64,000 bases of DNA from Nitrosopumilus sp. (GCA_965219345.1 OZ244732.1:1088001-1152000), one strand, 5' to 3'. Positions 38,691 to 51,475 are shown, numbered from the stretch's first letter. The notes: generated from the letters alone by a model not told the origin. Made by a program: numbers and translations.

Positions 38691-41600
38691 TTAATTGAAT
38701 ATGGTCATAAAAAAATCAGCTATTTTGAGACCCTGTTTTTTTAATAAATCAAACACCATATCAAAAACATTATCTGGATCTGCTACTGGCTCTGGATCCA
38801 TAACAATAATCTCTGGCTCTGGATCCATAACAATAATCTCTGGCTCTGGATCCATAACAATAATCTCTGGCTCTGGATCCATAACAATAGTCTCTGACTC
38901 TGGTTCCATAACAATAATCTCTGGCTCTGGAGGAGGGGAAATAAATTCTATATGGGATTCAAATGTAACTCCCAAGGGCTCAAACAACACCTTATAACCG
39001 CTACAACTAGATCCAAAAGATACTGGTAGTTCAGCATACCTTGAGCTTCTATCATAAATCTTAACTTTGAGATTACCTGCATCTAAAGGAATACCATCAA
39101 AGGAAAAGGCATAAAACGTGATGGGAATCCGTTGTGTCTTGATATAATTTCCAAAGTCTATATCAGAAGATACATCACTTCCAAAATATCCTGAGATGGA
39201 ATTTGTTAATTCCGCAGACAGGTTATCGCCATAAGTTGAAGCGATAAGCAAAAAGTAGTCATTATTACACTGATCCCACAGCAAAATGTTGGGTGACATG
39301 GTGAAACCCACACCACTTCCACTACTACCTTCATTTCTTGAAGGTTCAGGTGTAGGATCTGGTTTAGGTTTAGATACCGGAACATCTACATTGATAGTTG
39401 ACGCTTCTTTTACACTGTAGCTGTCTGACACTGTTGGGGCATCAGCAAGATTCACAGCTGACATTCCAGTAACGGCGTAGCTGTCTGACACTGTTGGGGC
39501 ATCAGCAAGATTCACAGCTGACATTCCAGTAACGGCGTAGCTGTCTGAAATCATTGGGGCATCAGCAAGATTCACAGCTGACATTCCAGTAACGGCGTAG
39601 CTGTCTGAAATCATTGGGGCATCAGCAAGATTCACAGCTGACATTCCAGTAACGGCGTAGCTGTCTGAAATCATTGGGGCATCAGCAAGATTCACAGCTG
39701 ACATTCCAGTAACGGCGTAGCTGTCTGAAATCATTGGGGCATCAGCAAGATTCACAGCTGACATTCCAGTGGTGGTATAGCTGTCTGAAATCATTGGGGC
39801 ATCAGCAAGATTCACAGCTGACATTCCAGTGGTGGTATAGCTGTCTGAAATCATTGGGGCATCAGCAAGATTCACAGCTGACATTCCAGTGGTGGTATAG
39901 CTGTCTGAAATCATTGGGGCATCAGCAAGATTCACAGCTGACATTCCAGTGGTGGTATAGCTGTCTGACACTGTTGGGGCATCAGCAAGATTCACAGCTG
40001 ACATTCCAGTGGTGGTATAGCTGTCTGACACTGTTGGGGCATCAACACCACTCACAGCTAGCATCTCAGTCACATCATAGGAATCTGACACTGTTGGGGC
40101 ATCAGCAAGATTCACAGCTGACATTCTAGTGGTGGTATAGCTGTCTGACACTGTTGGGGCATCAACACCACTCACAGCTAGCATCTCAGTCACATCATAG
40201 GAATCTGACACTGTTGGGGCATCAGCAAGATTCACAGCTGACATTCTAGTGGTGGTATAGCTGTCTGACACTGTTGGGGCATCAACACCACTCACAGCTA
40301 GCATCTCAGTCACATCATAGGAATCTGACACTGTTGGGGCATCAGCAAGATTCACAGCTGACATTCTAGTGGTGGTATAGCTGTCTGACACTGTTGGGGC
40401 ATCAACACCACTCACAGCTAGCATCTCAGTCACATCATAGGAATCTGACACTGTTGGGGCATCAGCAAGATTCACAGCTGACATTCCAGTGGTGGTATAG
40501 CTGTCTGAAATCATTGGGGCATCAGCAAGATTCACAGCTGACATTCCAGTGGTGGTATAGCTGTCTGACACTGTTGGGGCATCAGCAAGATTCACAGCTG
40601 ACATTCTAGTGGTGGTATAGCTGTCTGACACTGTTGGGGCATCAACACCACTCACAGCTAGCATCTCAGTCACATCATAGGAATCTGACACTGTTGGGGC
40701 ATCAGCAAGATTCACAGCTGACATTCTAGTGGTGGTATAGCTGTCTGACACTGTTGGGGCATCAACACCACTCACAGCTAGCATCTCAGTCACATCATAG
40801 GAATCTGACACTGTTGGGGCATCAGCAAGATTCACAGCTGACATTCTAGTGGTGGTATAGCTGTCTGACACTGTTGGGGCATCAACACCACTCACAGCTA
40901 GCATCTCAGTCACATCATAGGAATCTGACACTGTTGGGGCATCAGCAAGATTCACAGCTGACATTCTAGTGGTGGTATAGCTGTCTGACACTGTTGGGGC
41001 ATCAACACCACTCACAGCTAGCATCTCAGTCACATCATAGGAATCTGACACTGTTGGGGCATCAGCAAGATTCACAGCTGACATTCTAGTGGTGGTATAG
41101 CTGTCTGACACTGTTGGGGCATCAACACCACTCACAGCTAGCATCTCAGTCACATCATAGGAATCTGACACTGTTGGGGCATCAGCAAGATTCACAGCTG
41201 ACATTCTAGTGGTGGTATAGCTGTCTGACACTGTTGGGGCATCAACACCACTCACAGCTAGCATCTCAGTCACATCATAGGAATCTGACACTGTTGGGGC
41301 ATCAGCAAGATTCACAGCTGACATTCCAGTGGTGGTATAGCTGTCTGACACTGTTGGGGCATCAACACCACTCACAGCTAGCATCTCAGTCACATCATAG
41401 GAATCTGACACTGTTGGGGCATCAGCAAGATTCACAGCTGACATTCTAGTGGTGGTATAGCTGTCTGACACTGTTGGGGCATCAACACCACTCACAGCTA
41501 GCATCTCAGTCACATCATAGGAATCTGACACTGTTGGGGCATCAACACCACTCACAACCAGCATCTCAGTCACATCATAGGAATCTGACACTGTTGGAAT

Positions 41601-44600
41601 GTCTACACCACTCACAACCAGCATCTCAGTCACATCATAGGAATCTGACACTGTTGGAATGTCTACACCACTCACAGCTAGCATCTCAGTCACATCATAG
41701 GAATCTGACACTGTTGGAATGTCTACACCACTCACAGCTAGCATCTCAGTCACATCATAGGAATCTGACACTGTTGGAATGTCTACACCACTCACAACCA
41801 GCATCTCAGTCACATCATAGGAATCTGACACTGTTGGAATGTCTACACCACTCACAACCAGCATCTCAGTCACATCATAGGAATCTGACACTGTTGGAAT
41901 GTCTACACCACTCACAGCTAACATCTCAGTCACATCATAGGAATCTGACACTGTTGGAATGTCTACACCACTCACAGCTAGCATCTCAGTCACATCATAG
42001 GAATCTGACACTGTTGGAATGTCTACACCACTCACAACCAGCATCTCAGTCACATCATAGGAATCTGACACTGTTGGAATGTCTACACCACTCACAACCA
42101 GCATCTCAGTCACATCATAGGAATCTGACACTGTTGGAATGTCTACACCACTCACAACCAGCATCTCAGTCACATCATAGGAATCTGACACTGTTGGAAT
42201 GTCTACACCACTCACAGCTAGCATCTCAGTCACATCATAGGAATCTGACACTGTTGGAATGTCTACACCACTCACAACCAGCATCTCAGTCACATCATAG
42301 GAATCTGACACTGTTGGAATGTCTACACCACTCACAACCAGCATCTCAGTCACATCATAGGAATCTGACACTGTTGGAATGTCTACACCACTCACAACCA
42401 GCATCTCAGTCACATCATAGGAATCTGACACTGTTGGAATGTCTACACCACTCACAACCAGCATCTCAGTCACATCATAGGAATCTGACACTGTTGGAAT
42501 GTCTACACCACTCACAGCTAGCATCTCAGTCACATCATAGGAATCTGACACTGTTGGAATGTCTACACCACTCACAGCCAGCATCTCAGTCACATCATAG
42601 GAATCTGACACTGTTGGAATGTCTACACCACTCACAGCCAGCATCTCAGTCACATCATAGGAATCTGACACTGTTGGGGCATCAACACCACTCACAACCA
42701 GCATCTCAGTCACATCATAGGAATCTGACACTGTTGGGGCATCAACACCACTCACAGCTAACATTTCAATGAATTTGATTATCTGGATGCCGTCATCAAA
42801 CTTGCTTGCAACTATCGCATATATTGTATTGTTAATAGTAAAGGTCTCAACGTCATTTGCACCGTCAAGTTCTTCATAACCACCAACGCCATCAGTTGCA
42901 TGCGATACAGCAAAAGGAGAAGCAGGATCTGATATGTCAATTATCTGGATGCCGTCATCAAGCAAGCTTGCAACTATAGCATATGTCGCACCATTAATCT
43001 CAAATACGTTAACACCAGCTGCACCGCCAAGTTCTTCATAACCACCAACGCCATCAGTTGCATGCGATACAGCAAAAGGAGAAGCAGGATCTGATATGTC
43101 AATTATCTGGATGCCGCCATCAAACAAGCTTACAACTATAGCATATGTCGCACCATTAATCTCAAACACGTTAACACCATTTGCACCGCCAAGTTCTTCA
43201 TAACCACCAACGCCATCAGTTGCATGCGATACAGCAAAAGGAGAAGCAGGATCTGATATGTCAATTATCTGGATGCCGCCATCAAACAAGCTTACAACTA
43301 TAGCATATGTCGCACCATTAATCTCAAACACGTCAACGTCATTTGCACCGCCAAGTTCTTCATAACCACCAACGCCATCAGTTGCATGCGATACAGCAAA
43401 AGGAGAAGCAGGATCTGATATGTCAATTATCTGGATGCCGTTATCATTAACGCTTACAACTATAGCATATGTCGCACCATTAATCTCAAACACGTTAACA
43501 CCATTTGCACCGCCAAGTTCTTCATAACCACCAACGCCATCAGTTGCATGCGATACAGCAAAAGGAGAAGCAGGATCTGATATGTCAATTATCTGGATGC
43601 CGTTATCATTAAAGCTTGCAACTATAGCATATGTCGCACCATTAATCTCAAACACGTTAACACCAGCTGCACCCTCAAGTTCTTCATAACCACCAACGCC
43701 ATCAGTTGCATGCGATACAGCCAAAGGAGAATCAGGGTCTGATATGTCAATTATCTGGATGCCGTCATCAAACTGGCCAGCAACTATAGCATATGTCATA
43801 CTGCCAATCTCAAACACGTCAACGTCATTTGCACCGCCAAGTTCTTCATAACCACCAACGCCATCAGTTGCATGCGATACAGCCAAAGGAGAAGCAGGAT
43901 CTGATATGTCAATTATCTGGATGCCGTCATCAAATAAGCTTGCAACTATAGCATATGTCGCACCATTAATCTCAAACACGTTAACACCAGCTGCACCCTC
44001 AAGTTCTTCATAACCACCAACGCCATCAGTTGCATGCGATACAGCAAAGGGAGAAGCAGGATCTGATATGTCAATTATCTGGATGCCGTCATCAAGATAG
44101 CCAGCAACTATAGCATATGTCGCACCATTAATCTCAAACACGTCAACGTCATTTGCACCCTCAAGTTCTTCATAACCACCAACGCCATCAGTTGCATGCG
44201 ATACAGCCAAAGGAGAATCAGGGTCTGATATGTCAATTATCTGGATGCCGTCATCAAGATAGCCAGCAACTATAGCATATGTCATACTGCCAATCTCAAA
44301 CACGTCAACACCAGCTGCACCCTCAAGTTCTTCATAACCACCAACGCCATCAGTTGCATGCGATACAGCAAAGGGAGAAGCAGGATCTGATATGTCAATT
44401 ATCTGGATGCTGTCATCACTAAAACTTGTAACTATAGCATATGTCATACTGCCAATCTCAAACACGTCAACGTCATTTGCACCATTAAGTTCTCCATAAC
44501 CACCAACGCCATCAGTTGCATGCGATACAGCAAAGGGAGAAGCAGGATCTGATATGTCAATTATCTGGATGCCGTCATCAAACTGACCAGCAACTATAGC

Positions 44601-45608
44601 ATATGTCATACTGCCAATCTCAAACACGTCAACGTCATTTGCACCCTCAAGTTCTTCATAACCACCAACGCCATCAGTTGCATGCGATACAGCAAAGGGA
44701 GAAGCAGGATCTGATATGTCAATTATCTGGATGCCGTCATCTGTACGACTTGCAACTATAGCATATGTCGCACCATTAATCTCAAACACGTCAACGTCAT
44801 TTGCACCCTCAAGTTCTTCATAACCACCAACGCCATCAGTTGCATGCGATACAGCCAAAGGAGAAGCAGGGTCTGATATGTCAATTATCTGGATGCCGTT
44901 ATCAAACCAGCTTGCAACTATAGCATATGTCATATTGTTAATAGTAAAGAACTCAGCATCAATTTCACTTGTAAATTTTTGATAAGTGTCATAAATATCA
45001 GTTACACTGGCCACAGGTGAGATAGAAATATTACTCTTAGTTACAACCATACCATATACTTCTTTACTGACAAATGAAAATAAGATTAAAATTACAAGTG
45101 TTAAAATTAATAAATAATTGTTTAGAGAATTATGTATTGTAATATATTCATAGGAATGAATCTGCCGTCTCAGTTTTTGATTGTAGCATATATTTATAAA
45201 AACATTGTATTTTTTTATACCCACACAATGATTGGTCAATAAAGTTGATATGTAGCTATGATGGTGTCTTGATCTTGTAATCTTTTGCATAACACTGTAT
45301 AGTTTAATCTGAAAACCCAAGACTGAAAATGCACAGCTAACTATGAGAATGAAATGCAAGACAAGCAAGAAAAATAAAACCATATAATTATCCAAAGCTT
45401 GCCATTCAAAAAACAACATGTAACTGTCTGCAAATTCTAGTTTTCTAAGTATGGCATCATGGTGATGCTCTTCAGTAGAATCATAACTTGCATCATATAA
45501 AATGTAGTGCTTTGCACCATCATTATCATAAGAGTCAGAGTATCCTATTCCGCCTAATAAAAACACAGATAACAATATGTTAAAAGAAACAAGAATATGT
45601 TTGTTCAA
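38691..45608 (-). CDS. Giant repetitive surface protein: LVIVD-like beta-propeller head, 20-aa repeat stalk, C-terminal domain and PE-rich linker
   Basis: 2305-aa uninterrupted ORF; all repeat units are multiples of 3; hydrophobic N-terminal segments (true start uncertain); amphipathic C-terminal helix. Confidence 0.88.
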   Translation of the reverse strand: MNKHILVSFNILLSVFLLGGIGYSDSYDNDGAKHYILYDASYDSTEEHHHDAILRKLEFADSYMLFFEWQALDNYMVLFFLLVLHFILIVSCAFSVLGFQIKLYSVMQKITRSRHHHSYISTLLTNHCVGIKKYNVFINICYNQKLRRQIHSYEYITIHNSLNNYLLILTLVILILFSFVSKEVYGMVVTKSNISISPVASVTDIYDTYQKFTSEIDAEFFTINNMTYAIVASWFDNGIQIIDISDPASPLAVSHATDGVGGYEELEGANDVDVFEINGATYAIVASRTDDGIQIIDISDPASPFAVSHATDGVGGYEELEGANDVDVFEIGSMTYAIVAGQFDDGIQIIDISDPASPFAVSHATDGVGGYGELNGANDVDVFEIGSMTYAIVTSFSDDSIQIIDISDPASPFAVSHATDGVGGYEELEGAAGVDVFEIGSMTYAIVAGYLDDGIQIIDISDPDSPLAVSHATDGVGGYEELEGANDVDVFEINGATYAIVAGYLDDGIQIIDISDPASPFAVSHATDGVGGYEELEGAAGVNVFEINGATYAIVASLFDDGIQIIDISDPASPLAVSHATDGVGGYEELGGANDVDVFEIGSMTYAIVAGQFDDGIQIIDISDPDSPLAVSHATDGVGGYEELEGAAGVNVFEINGATYAIVASFNDNGIQIIDISDPASPFAVSHATDGVGGYEELGGANGVNVFEINGATYAIVVSVNDNGIQIIDISDPASPFAVSHATDGVGGYEELGGANDVDVFEINGATYAIVVSLFDGGIQIIDISDPASPFAVSHATDGVGGYEELGGANGVNVFEINGATYAIVVSLFDGGIQIIDISDPASPFAVSHATDGVGGYEELGGAAGVNVFEINGATYAIVASLLDDGIQIIDISDPASPFAVSHATDGVGGYEELDGANDVETFTINNTIYAIVASKFDDGIQIIKFIEMLAVSGVDAPTVSDSYDVTEMLVVSGVDAPTVSDSYDVTEMLAVSGVDIPTVSDSYDVTEMLAVSGVDIPTVSDSYDVTEMLAVSGVDIPTVSDSYDVTEMLVVSGVDIPTVSDSYDVTEMLVVSGVDIPTVSDSYDVTEMLVVSGVDIPTVSDSYDVTEMLVVSGVDIPTVSDSYDVTEMLAVSGVDIPTVSDSYDVTEMLVVSGVDIPTVSDSYDVTEMLVVSGVDIPTVSDSYDVTEMLVVSGVDIPTVSDSYDVTEMLAVSGVDIPTVSDSYDVTEMLAVSGVDIPTVSDSYDVTEMLVVSGVDIPTVSDSYDVTEMLVVSGVDIPTVSDSYDVTEMLAVSGVDIPTVSDSYDVTEMLAVSGVDIPTVSDSYDVTEMLVVSGVDIPTVSDSYDVTEMLVVSGVDAPTVSDSYDVTEMLAVSGVDAPTVSDSYTTTRMSAVNLADAPTVSDSYDVTEMLAVSGVDAPTVSDSYTTTGMSAVNLADAPTVSDSYDVTEMLAVSGVDAPTVSDSYTTTRMSAVNLADAPTVSDSYDVTEMLAVSGVDAPTVSDSYTTTRMSAVNLADAPTVSDSYDVTEMLAVSGVDAPTVSDSYTTTRMSAVNLADAPTVSDSYDVTEMLAVSGVDAPTVSDSYTTTRMSAVNLADAPTVSDSYDVTEMLAVSGVDAPTVSDSYTTTRMSAVNLADAPTVSDSYDVTEMLAVSGVDAPTVSDSYTTTRMSAVNLADAPTVSDSYTTTGMSAVNLADAPMISDSYTTTGMSAVNLADAPTVSDSYDVTEMLAVSGVDAPTVSDSYTTTRMSAVNLADAPTVSDSYDVTEMLAVSGVDAPTVSDSYTTTRMSAVNLADAPTVSDSYDVTEMLAVSGVDAPTVSDSYTTTRMSAVNLADAPTVSDSYDVTEMLAVSGVDAPTVSDSYTTTGMSAVNLADAPTVSDSYTTTGMSAVNLADAPMISDSYTTTGMSAVNLADAPMISDSYTTTGMSAVNLADAPMISDSYTTTGMSAVNLADAPMISDSYAVTGMSAVNLADAPMISDSYAVTGMSAVNLADAPMISDSYAVTGMSAVNLADAPMISDSYAVTGMSAVNLADAPTVSDSYAVTGMSAVNLADAPTVSDSYSVKEASTINVDVPVSKPKPDPTPEPSRNEGSSGSGVGFTMSPNILLWDQCNNDYFLLIASTYGDNLSAELTNSISGYFGSDVSSDIDFGNYIKTQRIPITFYAFSFDGIPLDAGNLKVKIYDRSSRYAELPVSFGSSCSGYKVLFEPLGVTFESHIEFISPPPEPEIIVMEPESETIVMDPEPEIIVMDPEPEIIVMDPEPEIIVMDPEPVADPDNVFDMVFDLLKKQGLKIADFFMTIFN
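38787..38930 (-). repeat. 27-bp tandem repeat, ~5 copies (PEPEIIVMD)
   Basis: TGGCTCTGGATCCATAACAATAATCTC units. Confidence 0.9.
39417..42765 (-). repeat. 60-bp coding tandem repeat, ~56 copies, with 120-bp higher-order block
   Basis: Units align column-wise in the 60-nt lines from 39421 to 42721. Confidence 0.97.
42770..44950 (-). repeat. 162-bp coding tandem repeat (54 aa; 14 xIQII strands)
   Basis: YAIVA...DDGIQIIDISDPASP.AVSHATDGVGGYEEL.GA..V.VFEI units. Confidence 0.95.
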
Positions 45609-45680
45609 TATATAAAATATAGCTTATTTCTAATTTATATTGCACTGTTATATTAATGTATCTAGCAACATACTAAAATA

Positions 45681-45695
45681 GGGGGGGGGGGGGGG
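45681..45695. repeat. G15 homopolymer in a divergent intergenic region
   Basis: 15 consecutive G, ending 11 bp before ATG 45707. Confidence 0.85.
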
Positions 45696-45706
45696 TAGAG
45701 AGAAAT

Positions 45707-46354
45707 ATGCAGAATCGTATAATAAATAATCATAAAAAAATCTCGATTCTAATACCTCTTGCAGTTTCAGCAATAATGATTTTTCCTGTTGGCATTTTTG
45801 GACTAAATGCAGACAACATGGACTACTCTAACTTGCAATTTTATGGTACAGCTACAATTACACAGTATGATCCCCTTGGAAACCCCGTATTTACACAAAC
45901 AATTCATAACCAGTTGTTAGATTCTGGTGAGCAATTCATTTTACAAAATACATTCAAGGGTAGTGGTAATGATACTCGGATCGCCTCTATCTGTATAACA
46001 AATGAAGATCCCGTTACAGTTTCTGAAGGCCGGACTGTGACTGATTTTGATAGTGCTAACACTATTGGACAAAATAACTGCAAGACTGATGATGCAGTAG
46101 ATCTTACAACACTTGGAGTTGCAAAGATACAATCCCCAACATTTAGAGTAGGTAATCAAGCCGGAGACCTTTCAGTGGCAACTACCATAACAGGTATTGG
46201 AATCTGTCAAAATTCCACTAATATCACCTTTACTGACTGTGGAACGGCTGGGCAAACTTTATTTGCAGTTATTGATGTAGCGGATATCACACTTAATCCA
46301 GATGATTCTGTAGATATCTCTTATGAATTTAACATAGCATCACCAGATACCTAA
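45707..46354 (+). CDS. Secreted beta-rich protein (HNQLLDSGE family; tail-fibre-base-like)
   Basis: Signal peptide; YGTATI...TIHNQLLDSGEQFIL...ITGIGIC...TLFA...ITLNPDDSVDISYEF; four Cys. Confidence 0.75.
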   Translation: MQNRIINNHKKISILIPLAVSAIMIFPVGIFGLNADNMDYSNLQFYGTATITQYDPLGNPVFTQTIHNQLLDSGEQFILQNTFKGSGNDTRIASICITNEDPVTVSEGRTVTDFDSANTIGQNNCKTDDAVDLTTLGVAKIQSPTFRVGNQAGDLSVATTITGIGICQNSTNITFTDCGTAGQTLFAVIDVADITLNPDDSVDISYEFNIASPDT

Positions 46355-46377
46355 GACATAACTGTTTTCCATATAGT

Positions 46378-46791
46378 ATGAAGTATATTATACTCACTCT
46401 AGTTGTAGTTTCAACAGTATTTTTACTGGTAATATTTTCAGGAAATACATCAGAGACATTACTTGGTTTATTTTTAGTAAAGTTTGCTCCAATGAATTGG
46501 GATATGGTAAATGAAAGAAATATTGTAAAAAACACAATTCCAATTTCAGTAATAAAACAAGTTAATGATGAATTTTGTAAAATAAAAGCAGATGCGTTTG
46601 ATAGAATAGTTGATCATTCATATTTTGTATCAAGTAGCAGTCTCTCAGAGGAGTTAAGATATGATAGGGAAAACGGCACATTAACTATTCCATGTGATGG
46701 AATATCAGATGATAGTCTAGAATTGCATATATGGTATGTTATACCAGAAGATGCCAAATATGGTGGAAAGTATCAGTATTTTGTGACATAG
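46378..46791 (+). CDS. Membrane-anchored hypothetical protein
   Basis: N-terminal TM; two Cys; 137 aa. Confidence 0.7.
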   Translation: MKYIILTLVVVSTVFLLVIFSGNTSETLLGLFLVKFAPMNWDMVNERNIVKNTIPISVIKQVNDEFCKIKADAFDRIVDHSYFVSSSSLSEELRYDRENGTLTIPCDGISDDSLELHIWYVIPEDAKYGGKYQYFVT

Positions 46792-46835
46792 ACAAATCAG
46801 TAAGATATTTTTATACAACAGTTTTTTTATTACTT

Positions 46836-47102
46836 GTGAGAAAATCATTAATTCTAACTATATTATTTGTGGCTTCTTTAACCTCTCTTATAGCGGTATT
46901 GTATTCAACAACCACCTTTTTTGCTCCAACGATAAATGATACACCGGCTGTATATGATGATATGAAACTTGAGATATCTAATTCTGATATAGTTGATGTT
47001 TATGATAGTATAAACAGCAATAAAACTAGTGATTCATTTACTGATGAGGCAAAACATTACACCATAAACGCAGTAGATACACCTGTTATGAAAGAACCCT
47101 AA
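46836..47102 (+). CDS. Small membrane-anchored hypothetical protein
   Basis: Probable GTG start at 46836 (MRKSLILTILFVASL...KHYTINAVDTPVMKEP*). Confidence 0.6.
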   Translation: MRKSLILTILFVASLTSLIAVLYSTTTFFAPTINDTPAVYDDMKLEISNSDIVDVYDSINSNKTSDSFTDEAKHYTINAVDTPVMKEP

Positions 47103-47182
47103 GGCAATTTGTTTTTGTTAGTATCTTTGAGTTTCTCATCCGCGTTGTAGATACACCTGTTATGAAAGAACCCTAAGGCAAT
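47073..47182. repeat. Perfect 36-bp direct repeat separated by 38 bp of unique sequence
   Basis: GTAGATACACCTGTTATGAAAGAACCCTAAGGCAAT at 47073..47108 and 47147..47182. Confidence 0.92.
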
Positions 47183-47264
47183 CTTATAGTGTGTTGATCA
47201 ACTAGTAAATAAATTTGTTCTACCGATATTTGGAATTGTTTTATATGAAAATCACTTCCGCTAG

Positions 47265-47950
47265 TCATCGGCGTCCTCCTCCATCCATTTTGGGTTCTTT
47301 TTCCTGATCGCATCTGTGGCCCTTTTGTCGTCTGCCGTTGCGTCCCACAAAGCACGAACCATTGTCAGACAGTATGGTTGCAGGTGTGCCGAATTTCCCT
47401 ACTGCCTTTCTTAGTACCAGTACGGCATTCTCAGAGGTGGCCTGCATGAAGAGCCGTGCTGCCATGATGATGCACCGTGAGGAGTCATCCAGATACGTGA
47501 CCAGATGGAGCCCGCCAAGGCGCGGATCTCTCATGATGTGCCAGTCCACGTGCCACATGGCATTTGAGTATCTTCTCTCAAAGCGTACCCATTTGCGCTT
47601 CCTTGACTTGGCCACAGAGTGTATGGCCGGTCCATTCTCCTTCATGATTCTGTATGTGCTTCTGTAGCTTATGTTATGGTCTTCCTGCAGGTGCATGGCA
47701 ATGCGTACCACTCCAACCGGTTCTTTGCGGTGCATGTCCAATACTGCCCGTCTCTCCTGGCGTGGGCAGAAGAATCTGCCTTCTTCTTGGGTTGCGTTGT
47801 ATGTGATGCGTGTCCGTACTGCAAAACTCGGCCCACAGCTACTGGATGCGCCTTTGTTACCTTGAGCTCCGATGCAATCTCTGCCGTGGATCTCTTCTTC
47901 TTGCACTGGGCAGCGGCGTATCTGATCTGCCCCCTGTTAGTCTGACTCTC
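47265..47950 (-). mobile_element. IS481-family transposase remnant (frameshifted, truncated)
   Basis: GC-rich relative to flanks; RFERRYSNAMWHVDW, YLDDSSR, PATILSDNGSCF rve core; HTH segment (STAEIASELKV) in another frame; catalytic Glu region absent. Confidence 0.85.
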
Positions 47951-48047
47951 ATCTGCCTTGCTGATCGGTACAGCCCAACGTAGTCCTTTGCAAGTCTCCT
48001 AAAAGTGAGGCGAAATGATTTCGGTACAAGAGACCGGGGAGTTCTAG

Positions 48048-51008
<2,961 letters not shown>

Positions 51009-51124
51009 CTATTTCCAACCCTCCTTATTTTATTCAACTTTAAAAAATCACGCTGATTTTTTGAATTCCTACTGTGCGGGGTGGGAAAAGCTTATTATAA
51101 TTTGAAGCGGCTTTTCTGTTCATA

Positions 51125-51475
51125 ATGGCATCCGAACAAACACAAAAGATGATCACAATCACTCCTAAAGCAGCTGAGAAAATCAAGGAATTCATGAAAG
51201 AGGAAGCAGAAGCCCCTGAATATCTTAGAGTATATGTTCAAGGTGGCGGTTGTTCTGGTCTGTCTTATGGAATGGGCTTTGAAAAGGCACCAGAAGAGGA
51301 CGACATCGTTATGGAAGAAAATGGAGTAAAATTCCTAGTTGACAGCTATAGTGTTGACCATCTTCAAGGTGCAAACGTAGACTATATTGAAAGCCTAATG
51401 GGTTCTGGATTTAAAATCAATAATCCAAATGTTACAAAATCCTGTTCATGTGGTCACTCATTTAGCACTGAATAA
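51125..51475 (+). CDS. HesB/IscA/ErpA Fe-S carrier
   Basis: GGCSG and CSCGHSF motifs. Confidence 0.93.
   Translation: MASEQTQKMITITPKAAEKIKEFMKEEAEAPEYLRVYVQGGGCSGLSYGMGFEKAPEEDDIVMEENGVKFLVDSYSVDHLQGANVDYIESLMGSGFKINNPNVTKSCSCGHSFSTE

Noticed and set aside
39417-42765. 60-bp array as a CRISPR
   Set aside because: No unique spacers; units are contiguous, in frame and inside a CDS
39734-42772. Plus-strand His/Gln/Ser-rich ORFs, including the 432-aa ORF 41474..42772
   Set aside because: Antisense shadows of the 60-bp coding repeat; a stop-free unit repeated many times yields long ORFs automatically
42770-44950. Diversity-generating retroelement behind the blade variation
   Set aside because: No reverse transcriptase or non-coding template repeat in the window, and the changes do not appear confined to adenine positions
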